Assembly (NCBI GenBank): GCA_905250885.1
Contig: CAJNOQ010002230.1
Coordinates: 1 to 25,524, forward strand
DNA: 25,524 nt
Reading direction: 5' to 3'
From: Didymodactylos carnosus
Taxonomy: Eukaryota
A program made the position numbers and the translations under genes. Numbering within the stretch: the first letter of the stretch is position 1; each line of letters opens with the position of its first letter. A model generated the notes under the pieces. The model worked only from the letters and a program-made list of their open reading frames with translations, did not search any database and was not told where the DNA came from. This document shows positions 10,601 to 19,236 of this stretch, piece after piece.

Positions 10601-11809
10601 TACTGTGCTGAGTATTTCTAAATTTTTGTATTTTTTCTTCCAGCTGAAAAAGAACGACGTAATCTGTTGTTATTAACTGCTCTATCTGCCGCCGTTGAGG
10701 CAACTGGACAGGCGAAAGCAGAAGCTCAAAGTCGTGCAGAATCAGCGAAAATTGAAGGTAAACAAAAATTCTGTTTTCTTGCACAATAATTTTAATTACA
10801 TAATTTATTTAAATGTCACAAGAGCTATTCTCTCTTTTTTCACTCTTTGGTTGCAAATATTTATCAGATTTATTAATGGAGTGCATCAAGTCACACATTC
10901 TAGCAACAAATCTTTTTTGTCTAGACAGATATTGTGTACAGACAATTAGTCGTTTTTCTCACCAACTTTTCTCATAATCTTCATATATCTCAGTTTTCTT
11001 CGTTCAAAGGACGAGTCTCTTCAATATGCTCTGTATGTAAGGATAAGCAATGTTGAAAAATCAGAGTTGTTTTATTCTCTCACTATAAAACCCTAAAACT
11101 TGACTGATCTCGGAAAAAATATTAACAAACATTCTTATCCGTTATGCGATAATTACAAAATTTTCACTCACTTTTCTCGAGCCATTGAATAAAACCTTTT
11201 TCATCAGTCTAATCCTGTGCAGGTTCTGTTTAAAAATCTGATTAGATACAAATTTTGTGTAGATGTCTGTCATACCGTCTGTCTCTTGTGTATCTGCAAT
11301 ATTTGTCTAGTATAAGTACGTTTGTTCTAATTTTGCTGTTACTTATCTAGGTGAAGCAGCAGTTTATTGTGCTCGTCTTCGTGCTGAAGCATCTCGAATT
11401 GAAGCTGAAGTTGATTTATATCGTTTAACACAAGCACGCGAGTTAGAATTAGCCTATTCAAAAGTCACATCGGAATTAGAAGTTGATCGAACACAACGTT
11501 TAGTAGAAATTGAGGTCGACGAATTTAAAAAACACGTTGCAGCTATTGGACCAAAAACCATTCAAGGTAAGTTTGTTGAGCTATACTACTGAAATCATTT
11601 CAAGAACCATTATACATGTTTTTTGTTTAGCTATTGCCACATCTGGTCCCGATATGCAAGTAAAATTATTACAATCATTAGGAATCAAATCAACGTTAAT
11701 TACAGATGGTCGTTCGCCTATAAATTTGTTTAATACGGCCAAGAATCTTGTTGGGGATGGTCAACAGGGAACATCCGTAATACCATCATCCTTACTATCC
11801 ACAATTTAA
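7344..11809 (+). CDS. MVP: Major vault protein gene, paralog A: 15 coding exons, ~851 aa (gene-level span from ATG to stop)
   Basis: The spliced translation is [37 protein letters not shown]...GEVLKQ|AVTPLK...DEWLFEGPG|TYYPRKEV...|...[60 protein letters not shown] recognise it along its whole length as MVP. Every junction is GT..AG and keeps the frame. Confidence 0.9.
7832..7955 (+). CDS. MVP: MVP-A exon 2
   Basis: Acceptor tttttttaaag|. Encodes [41 protein letters not shown](G). Donor ccag|gtaaat. Ends in phase 1. Confidence 0.8.
8160..8386 (+). CDS. MVP: MVP-A exon 3
   Basis: Acceptor cattctcag|. Encodes (G)[75 protein letters not shown]. Donor aaa|gtaagg. Confidence 0.8.
8449..8685 (+). 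CDS. MVP: MVP-A exon 4
   Basis: Acceptor ttatttag|. Encodes [79 protein letters not shown]. Donor aaa|gtatgt. An internal ag|gtaaaa is read through because the conserved [11 protein letters not shown] follows it. Confidence 0.75.
8754..8876 (+). CDS. MVP: MVP-A exon 5
   Basis: Acceptor tttttcag|. Encodes [41 protein letters not shown]. Donor gga|gtaagt. Confidence 0.8.
9013..9415 (+). CDS. MVP: MVP-A exon 6
   Basis: Acceptor tttatttttttag|. Encodes [72 protein letters not shown]...[25 protein letters not shown]. Donor ctag|gtaaga. Ends in phase 1. Confidence 0.8.
9477..9648 (+). CDS. MVP: MVP-A exon 7
   Basis: Acceptor tgttttcag|. Encodes (V)[56 protein letters not shown]. Donor acaa|gtaagt. 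Ends in phase 2. Confidence 0.8.
9707..9777 (+). CDS. MVP: MVP-A exon 8
   Basis: Acceptor ctttgtttag|. Encodes (N)[23 protein letters not shown]. Donor attg|gtatgc. Ends in phase 1. Confidence 0.75.
9842..9915 (+). CDS. MVP: MVP-A exon 9
   Basis: Acceptor cctttaatag|. Encodes (G)[24 protein letters not shown]. Donor aaa|gtatgt. Confidence 0.75.
10160..10342 (+). CDS. MVP: MVP-A exon 10
   Basis: Acceptor ttttcttag|. Encodes [61 protein letters not shown]. Donor gaa|gtatgt. Confidence 0.8.
10405..10436 (+). CDS. MVP: MVP-A exon 11 (32 nt micro-exon)
   Basis: Acceptor tttcattttag|. Encodes [10 protein letters not shown](K). Donor aa|gttagt, which is a weak donor but the only frame-preserving choice. 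Ends in phase 2. Confidence 0.65.
10512..10585 (+). CDS. MVP: MVP-A exon 12
   Basis: Acceptor ctatttag|. Encodes (K)[24 protein letters not shown]. Donor gaag|gtaaat. Ends in phase 1. Confidence 0.75.
10644..10757 (+). CDS. MVP: MVP-A exon 13
   Basis: Acceptor ttttttcttccag|. Encodes [38 protein letters not shown]. Donor gaag|gtaaac. Ends in phase 1. Confidence 0.8.
11351..11566 (+). CDS. MVP: MVP-A exon 14 (follows the longest intron, ~590 bp)
   Basis: Acceptor acttatctag|. Encodes [72 protein letters not shown]. Donor caag|gtaagt. Ends in phase 1. Confidence 0.8.
11631..11809 (+). CDS. MVP: MVP-A terminal exon 15
   Basis: Acceptor ttttttgtttag|. Encodes [59 protein letters not shown], with stop TAA at 11807-11809. 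Confidence 0.85.
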
Positions 11810-11886
11810 ATTAAGCAAAACTGACAGGAACTTTTTATTTTTTATACGATCTTTTTTCTGTATAACTGTCCGCGATATGTACACTT

Positions 11887-11932
11887 TGTTGTTTTGTTGT
11901 TGTTTTGTTATTGTTTTGTTATTGTTTCGTTT
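11887..11932. repeat. Microsatellite-like (TTGTTTTG/TTATTGTTTTG)n tract
   Basis: ttgttgttttgttgttgttttgttattgttttgttattgtttcgtt, in the 3' flank of MVP-A. Confidence 0.7.
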
Positions 11933-11974
11933 ACCTTATGTTTCTATTTTAGTCTGAACTAATGCATTCATCGG

Positions 11975-11980
11975 AATAAA
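11975..11980 (+). terminator. Candidate polyadenylation signal AATAAA for MVP-A (~170 nt past the stop)
   Basis: aataaa in tcggaataaaaatcg. This is the first canonical hexamer downstream of the stop. The genome is AT-rich, so chance matches are common. Confidence 0.3.
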
Positions 11981-12224
11981 AATCGAGGATAAGGTTTATG
12001 TGCATACAGATGGTAGAATCTATCGATTTTAGTCGTTCGCGATTAGCAAGTGTGCTATTCGCGTTCATATCATTTTTACGAAATTATATAAAAGCCATCT
12101 GAGATGGGATATCATCAGCTGCAGCTATCACGAAACCCGTTGTATCTCATTTTGTAAAGAAAAATCTGCTGGACAATCCTACGCATTAAAAAAAACATTG
12201 ATAACCTATGTTTTCATTCATTTC

Positions 12225-12450
12225 TGACAGTCCCTAACCTAACGGCAGAGGAATCCTGAGACTTCAAGAAAAATCCCCATAGTTCCCAAACCATGGATTT
12301 TCAAGATGTCGCTTGGATCTGGTTTTGTAGAGGACAATCCTTGGACTATCCATATATGAAAAAAACTGATAGGCTTCTATGTAAAACTTCGGAACTATAA
12401 GCTGATTTTCCAGAGATCTACTAAGAAATCCTACAGAAATCCTCGCAAAA
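12225..12450 (+). repeat. Dispersed repeat family, copy B (related to 2055-2290)
   Basis: See copy A. The two copies bracket the MVP-A gene in direct orientation. Confidence 0.45.
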
Positions 12451-13814
12451 ATTTTGGTTTCTGCATATGATTACGTACCACAGTCTTGGCTAGACGATGG
12501 CGAAAACCCGATCTCGATAGCTCATTTCATTCTTGAGTTATTTCGAGTTATATAATTCAGTTTTTTTAAGCCTTCAAATGTTTTAACGTAAGATGGTATT
12601 AATAGGATGCTGTTAGTGTTCGTTTAACATGTTCTGAAAAACGATTGGATATTGCTTCTATCATATAATGAAGTATTGGAATAAATAAATTGAGCTTAAA
12701 ATGTTCTTTTGCATCTTTAGCTGGAACATTGTTTCTATAAATCTGAAATTCACAAATTTAGTTACTTATCATTATGGAAAGAATTTAGCAGTGTGTAATT
12801 CCAGAGACTTCCCAATCTGGAAGTTCCACTGTAGCGAAGGATTAGAAGGATAGAAAATGGGAAATTCCTACTGTAGAAAATCGAGCGAAATCTGCGGCGC
12901 AAAATGAATGTGAGCCACTGTCAACTATTCGGAATTCCGATTTTCTGGCTTTACCTGGAATTTTAGACTCGTGATTTCTATGAAGGGATAATTCTGGGAA
13001 ACGCTGTGGGATTGCGAAATGCAAAATTAGAAAATGAATAACGCTTAAGGTGGTGATAGCGATGCAATTCCTTCGAAAATGTACTCGGTTTTAGATCGAT
13101 TTGTCAAGTGATATCTTTTTATTACTCATGAAATATATAGCAAAAAGATAGGGATTTCTCGTGATGTAGCTGGAAAAATGTTAAAGTGTTCCAGAGATTT
13201 GCCAGAGGGCACTTCTAAGAACTCCTTCTGGTCTTTTGTGCAAATACTACATTTCCATGAAAACGGAATAGAAAATTAACTTTAAATATCATGTATTCGG
13301 CTCTTTTTTCTTTGCTATGTTCAGCGATAAAACAGATACTTTATAGCATTAAAATACAATTTTTCTTAGGATTTCTTCGGGGATTTGAACCATTTTACAA
13401 GTTATTGACCAAACTAATTTTTGGAGGCTTTGACAGTTCTAGTGCTCTAGTCGAGATGAGCAAAACAACACGAAGGTTAACTCCAATTCTGGTGTCTGAG
13501 AAAATTCGATGTCAAAGTTGTGAAAAATGCTAAAACACCTACCGACGTTGTCATTCATTTTTTAGCTCAATATTTAGTAATCTTACCCAGAGATGGGCAA
13601 GTCCAAGTGCGGACTGATAGGCTTTTTCACTAGACTGGGGCCGTGTTTTTTCACAGTGAGACTTTTCAGTTCAAATCTATTCACGCTTTTATCTTTTTGA
13701 TATTACCGCGTGGTCGGTTAAGATGGGCTGTGATCAATAGACTGCTGTCTTTGTTTTTTGCTGATTGATTCATTTCTTTGCACTAAACACTTCTCTATAC
13801 TTAATATAAATACA

Positions 13815-13867
13815 GAAGACTTTATTTCACACAACCGAAGACGTTTTATTTCACACAACCGAAGACG
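13815..13867. repeat. Tandem duplication of a ~24 bp unit (ttt(t)atttcacacaaccgaagacg x2)
   Basis: gaagactttatttcacacaaccgaagacgttttatttcacacaaccgaagacgg. Confidence 0.8.
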
Positions 13868-15881
13868 GGAAACAGAAAGAACAATATTTTTAAGGGTATG
13901 TGCGTATTATTTGACTAAGATTATATTTTAAGGAGATACGTGTGGCCGTACGTACTGTACGTTGGCTGGATCCGCCATTCGTCAGAATACGTATATAAGA
14001 AACAAAACCACTCATTCTGGAACTAGATTACTCCAGGACAATCCCGATTCTTGTCGTATAATGTTTTATATTTATGCGGTTGTCCACCGATACAAGAGGT
14101 TGTGAAAAGCTGAATTCTTTTACAGATTTTTGTAAAAAGTAAGTGTTTTTATGCTAGGGGGATAAACGTGACAATACACAATTATGATGGCTATAATCAC
14201 TTTCAAAATCAACTTATGCGATTTGTGCATTCAGAGTCATACAAACAAAACAAGAACAGCAAAAGAACAATAAAAACTAAGGTGAATGCATAATGATCGA
14301 GTACAGACATGTGTTTTGTTGTTACAGCAGGGTACTAGCCCATGATAACCTTTCACAGAATAAATACAGCATTTGATAATATGACAGAAGTACCATGGAG
14401 ATGGTAATAAGTGTAAATAAGACGATTTAAAAAGATCAAAAGTGTAAAGAATTTTCTATTGCACACATTACCCGAAAACTTATGTAACTAAGTTTGATGA
14501 AAGTCGGTGCTCAAACATTTCAGATAGTGCTCTTTTAAATGGCCTTATCCGAAAAAACTTAAAATAGCGTGAAGTGTAGTTTCCAGAAAACTATGTTGTT
14601 CAAAGTGTTTCGTCGTTTAGTTATTCCAGATGTAACAAGGCGCGCTTAGAAAATTTATTAGTTCCTATCGAAGTGCGTCTTGTTATATCTTGTTAACCAC
14701 AATTTCTGACTATGGGATTTAAGCATGTCTGTTTTTCTGTAAAAACAGTTTAATGATAAAAATACTTTAATAATACAGATTTTGGAGGCATATATGGGTA
14801 ACATTTTGAAATAAAATTATTGAAATATCTTCTATATATGATTTTCAAATCAAAATCTGAAAGTTAAAACTTCAACTCTTTTAAATGTAAATAATTTACT
14901 ATTTGCCAGGGTGATTATCACGTTCAACTATATCGTTAAAATAAACGTAAAAAATTAAACAAAGAAACGTAGAGGTTTACCAGAGTTTGAAAATAAAGAT
15001 AATACAAGTTGTTTAAGAGGTTGTATAGAAACCAGTAGCCTCCACTTTTTGCAATGCCAAAAAAACTTGGGGGCGGAATGCTGAGCATATCCCATAACTT
15101 TAAGGATTTATATCTTTGAATTCGTCATGTAATCACTTTATCTTTCGTATGTGACTTTTTTTTTCTCTGTTTATTACAAGCGTATATTTGATGAACTACA
15201 GAAAAACGAGGGTTAAACATCGACTGAATCCTAAATTACTGACACTCATTTTTGATGATAGTGTGTCTTAGTAGATGTAAGTAGAGAACTCAATGCTTAA
15301 TTACCACAAAAGTACTTTATTTTAGTATTAATTTGATTTACTTTAATTCAAAATGGTCTTCCTCATGAGAAATCAATTTATCGTGATTTCTCCTCCAAGT
15401 ATTCGTTTTCACGGCTTCTAACTCGCTCCGCCATCTCTGCTGAATTGAATCTGAAAACTTTTCACAAATTCATCGATGCATAATTTACCGTTTTGCTGTT
15501 ATATTATGCGTAATAGTTAGGTTTAGAGATTCTACCGTTTGTTCTTTCCCTTATTGTGCATTGGATTTGAAAAGTTATCTGTCAGCGGGCAGCTTAATGT
15601 TGTTCAAGCTTTTTTTGCTTTTAAACTCGGCTTATCCAAAGTACAACACATTCGTTGAAAAATTTGTTGAATGATTTACATCAAGAAATGCTTAGGAAAA
15701 GTGAAAAATATCCTATTTCACTATCTATCATAATTTTTACTTGAAGTTCCAGTTGTATCAACTTTCGGAGTCGACATAAGTAGTTACATACATTCAAAAA
15801 TGGAGGTAAGAATTGTTTAAGACTAAAAATAGTTTATAGTTCCTATTCATCAAATGAATCTTTAACAACCTCACTGAGGTT

Positions 15882-16349
15882 TTATAACGCACCAGTTGTT
15901 TCGCCTAATAAATTTTGGCCAAAATTCATAAGATTTATTGGACTACGACCATCTGTAATTAATGTTGATTGTAAACCGAGCGCTTGCAATAGTTTTACTT
16001 GCGTTTCTGGACCTGATGTGGCAATAGCCTGAATTGTTTCTGCACCAATGGCTTCTACTTGTTGCTGAAATTTCTCGATTTCTATCTGTGACATATTTTG
16101 TTTTTTATTGATTTCAAGTTCATTTTGCTCTCTCATATATTTTACTTCCGCTTCACGTGCTAATTTCAAACGGTTCAATTCAGCCTCGGCCTCAATTTTT
16201 GAGGCTTCAGCTTTCAAACGTGCTTGATCAACGGCTGCTTCGCCCTCGATACGTGTTGATTCTGCACGACTTTGAGCTTCGGCTTTGGCTTGACCTGTGC
16301 TCTCAACGGCAGCCGACAGCGCTTGCAATTCTAATAGAGATTTACGAAC
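15882..16349 (-). CDS. MVP: MVP-B terminal exon 10, equivalent to MVP-A exons 13+14+15 fused
   Basis: Acceptor tatctacttag|. Encodes [155 protein letters not shown], with stop TAA as the complement of 15882-15884. Confidence 0.85.
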   Translation of the reverse strand, partial: VRKSLLELQALSAAVESTGQAKAEAQSRAESTRIEGEAAVDQARLKAEASKIEAEAELNRLKLAREAEVKYMREQNELEINKKQNMSQIEIEKFQQQVEAIGAETIQAIATSGPETQVKLLQALGLQSTLITDGRSPINLMNFGQNLLGETTGAL

Positions 16350-19236
16350 CTAAGTAGATAAAAGAGAATGAAGAGTTAATTCTATTACGTTAGATCTGTC
16401 GGAGGCTGATTTGTATCGTCTGCGGTAAATATTCAGCTAACAAAGGTAAGAACATATAATTCTTCCTTCAGACATGAATATGTGGTGCGTCTCTTCAACA
16501 ATCTTCGTTCTATAAATTAGTAGCAATGACCCTTGTTAACAGCAATGAGTTACTTACTTCCTCTGCTTCTGCTTCATCTTTGATTCTTTGGCGTTCTAGA
16601 AAACCTTTTGCTTCTTGTTCACGTCTTGATGCTTCGTGTTTTGCACCCGCTTCTTGACTCATTGTAGTTATCTACAAGAAAAAAAGGATAATTCGAATTG
16701 GTGAAAAAATAAAAACACTTACTTCAATCGCTAATTGTACACTCTTCTGCAAAGCATCTCGAGTGCGTTGGTCGACTGGTTCAACAGACTGGATATCAAT
16801 GGATGTTATAACTAAGTTATTTTGTGGGAATACAAGACGATCACGAACGCGAGTTTGAGGTGTTGATTGCTTGTCGGTGGATGTTGTTGTTTCTGGTATA
16901 AGTTCTACACCAAATACACTAGCTCGAATGATACTTGCTGAGTTTTTATGAAAGTCGTCGAATTGAACACCAGCAGCAGCACCACGGACTCGACTGGCAA
17001 TAGCTTTAGCTACATCACCTAAACAAAGACAACAAAAGGTAACAACTGATGAATATGGGTACGAAAGATAAACGCACCAATAAAATCAGGAACACTAAAT
17101 AATTTTTGTGCTTCTGTCTCATCAGTTCGATCCTTGGTATCGAAAAACCAACTGAAATTAATAAAAATCTAATGGCTATTGAGAAATGATTAGTTTTTTA
17201 ATTTACTTGCAGGACAACTGAACTGATAATCGGGCATGATCAGCTGTTTCAACAACGATGATATCGGTTAAAAAGTCTGGACCTAATAACAATGCTAATG
17301 ATCGAATTTGATTTGGTTTTTTTGGAACAGAGCCAGAGAGATTAATTAATGTAAAGTGTTCGTCAGGTCCCAACATAACTAGTTCAGGTCCAAAAACAAT
17401 TCTTGCATGTTTTGCTTTGTAATCGTACACTTGCACGGCTGTATTATGTGGAACACGAAATGTAACTACTTTAAATTTCTCGCGTTTTGTTTGTGATTTG
17501 GTAGTTGTATCTTTTACTTTAATCATTCTATCAGTGAGAGGATCTCTCATCAGTAAAGTTTCAACTTGTTCTGTCAATTCTTTATCCCACAGTTCTTCAT
17601 TCTGCGTTAACATGTATGTTTGACCGACAACCGCTCGAACACGACCACTTTTAATATCACGAACATAGATACCTTCATTTTCATCTAGAAAAGTATACAA
17701 GAAATAAGTAATAAGATCAAAATTATGGAAAATTAGTAGTAAAGTTACCTAAAGGTATCGCTTTTCTTCTCAGTAATACTTCGACTTGTGTCGGTGGTAT
17801 ATATTCTCTTGGTCCTCTTACCATCCATCTGTCACCTAAACAAAATCCAAAATTACTCACTATCACACTTGAGCTATTTTTTGTTAAAAAGGAATCATAA
17901 TTTTTCTACATCTACTAGTACAATTAAATCTCTTTGTCTCACCTGGTCTACGTCTCTCATCATCTGATTCATCATCGAACGATTCAATACATTTTAATAT
18001 AACACCCTCATCTTCACCCAATATATACACATCTTGAATTCCCTTTTCTAATCGCTCACCAGGTTGTAGAAAAAATGATTTTTCACCAACAACTAATTTT
18101 TTTTTACCTAATTGATTTTTACCGTCATCTAGAAAAGGAAACATGAATCGTTATAACTCTTTCATGTTCAACTTTTTGACGTTCTTACCTGAAATTGGAT
18201 CTAAAATGACACAGTACTGTCGTGAATTGAGTGTTGTTACGCTAACATTGTCCACGAGTTGTTCATAAACATTTAATATATGTGTTTCGGTTTGTTCAAT
18301 TGTTATAAGCCATTCATCACCATTTTTTCGTAGTTGACCAAAATCATCTGTAAAGGTTTTCAGTGCACGTAAATGTAAAGCTTTTTTATCTGTCAAAACG
18401 GAGGCATCCTCAACGTTAACCACCGTTTCATAAGCCAGTGGTAAGTAGGCACCCGTTTTCTTCACTAGCCAATGTTCACCGGTTACACGAAGTTGGCCCG
18501 TACGATCGATAATTTCTTTTTTAGCACTCAATCGTATTGCTTGATTTGAACCGATTACAGTAGCACGAATTTGTTCTTCAACCGATACTTCTTTACGTGG
18601 TGTATAAGTGCCTAAAAAAACAAAAGGAGTTAAACAATCAAAACGTGCTACAGTTTTCTCAACAAAGCGAACTGAATGAATTATTGTTACATATGAAGTT
18701 ATTTACCTGGCCCTTCAAATAACCATTCATCTCCTGCTTTTCGTTGTTCTCCATTATCATCAAAATCCAGAACAGCTTTTAGTCTTAATGCTGAATTAGC
18801 CACAACATGTTTTAATGGTGTGACAGGCTAGAACAATAGAAACAGTTACTACAAAAATCAACTTTATTAAGAACACTATTTAATGTACTTGTCTCAAAAC
18901 TTCACCGGGATACAGGGGAAATGGTTCCTTATAATCTTTTTCTAATCTAATATCTAAATCGGCATGTAATAATTTTGCTTGGCCATTTTCATCGAATTGT
19001 ACTTGTCCAGCTTCATCTTTTACTACAGGATTTTCAACAACACAATAGTGTCTCGGTGGTACAGTAACCATTTTTTCCGGTCCAATTATAACTGTTACAT
19101 TTTCTTGTTTAATAAATGTTTTTGGTCCCAATTCTAGCCGTGATACATTTGTATTTTGATCTAATACATGAATGTAATAATATGGTGGAATACGATAGAC
19201 GGGGCTCGTCGAAGTTGATGAATTTTTAGATGCCAT
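15882..19236 (-). CDS. MVP: Major vault protein gene, paralog B: 10 coding exons, ~864 aa (gene-level span from ATG to stop)
   Basis: The spliced minus-strand translation is [41 protein letters not shown]...GEVLRQ|[41 protein letters not shown]|TYTPRKEV...|...[30 protein letters not shown]...[48 protein letters not shown]. All junctions are GT..AG in minus-strand terms. Confidence 0.9.
16558..16671 (-). CDS. MVP: MVP-B exon 9, equivalent to MVP-A exons 11+12 fused
   Basis: Acceptor tttttcttgtag|. Encodes [38 protein letters not shown]. Donor gaa|gtaagt. Confidence 0.75.
16723..17018 (-). CDS. MVP: MVP-B exon 8, equivalent to MVP-A exons 9+10 fused
   Basis: Acceptor tctttgtttag|. Encodes (G)[98 protein letters not shown]. 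Donor gaa|gtaagt. Confidence 0.8.
17078..17151 (-). CDS. MVP: MVP-B exon 7
   Basis: Acceptor taatttcag|. Encodes (N)[24 protein letters not shown]. Donor attg|gtgcgt. Ends in phase 1. Confidence 0.75.
17207..17684 (-). CDS. MVP: MVP-B exon 6, equivalent to the end of MVP-A exon 6 plus exon 7 fused
   Basis: Acceptor tatacttttctag|. Encodes [45 protein letters not shown]...[82 protein letters not shown]. Donor gcaa|gtaaat. Ends in phase 2. Confidence 0.8.
17749..17835 (-). CDS. MVP: MVP-B exon 5
   Basis: Acceptor ttttgtttag|. Encodes (G)[28 protein letters not shown]. Donor ttag|gtaact. Ends in phase 1. Confidence 0.75.
17943..18128 (-). CDS. MVP: MVP-B exon 4
   Basis: Acceptor ttccttttctag|. 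Encodes [62 protein letters not shown](G). Donor ccag|gtgaga. Ends in phase 1. Confidence 0.75.
18189..18611 (-). CDS. MVP: MVP-B exon 3, equivalent to MVP-A exons 3+4 fused (no LTDK|KA intron)
   Basis: Acceptor ttttttttag|. Encodes (G)[140 protein letters not shown]. Donor tcag|gtaaga. Read-through hits a stop after 12 codons. Confidence 0.8.
18707..18827 (-). CDS. MVP: MVP-B exon 2
   Basis: Acceptor ttctag| is the complement of 18828-18829. Encodes [40 protein letters not shown](G). Donor ccag|gtaaat. Ends in phase 1. Confidence 0.8.
18889..19236 (-). CDS. MVP: MVP-B exon 1 (116 codons)
   Basis: ATG is the complement of 19234-19236, with an in-frame stop 15 nt upstream. Encodes [21 protein letters not shown]...[12 protein letters not shown]. 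Donor caa|gtacat is the complement of 18887-18888. Confidence 0.8.

Noticed and set aside
12232-12243. ccctaacctaac, a telomere-like (CCCTAA) motif
   Set aside because: There are fewer than two clean units. It is part of the dispersed repeat copy B and not an interstitial telomeric array.
17046-17067. ctgatgaatatgggtacgaaag, which looks superficially like a hammerhead ribozyme core (CUGAUGA...GAAA)
   Set aside because: No helix II pairing is possible between the two conserved blocks. The segment lies in an MVP-B intron, so it is most likely chance.
15882-17700. ORF-track entries 15882..16328(-) and 17203..17700(-) beginning with M, as if they were independent genes
   Set aside because: The leading M is a non-ATG alternative start from the ORF caller (ttg codons). 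These ORFs are internal or terminal exons of the spliced MVP-B gene.
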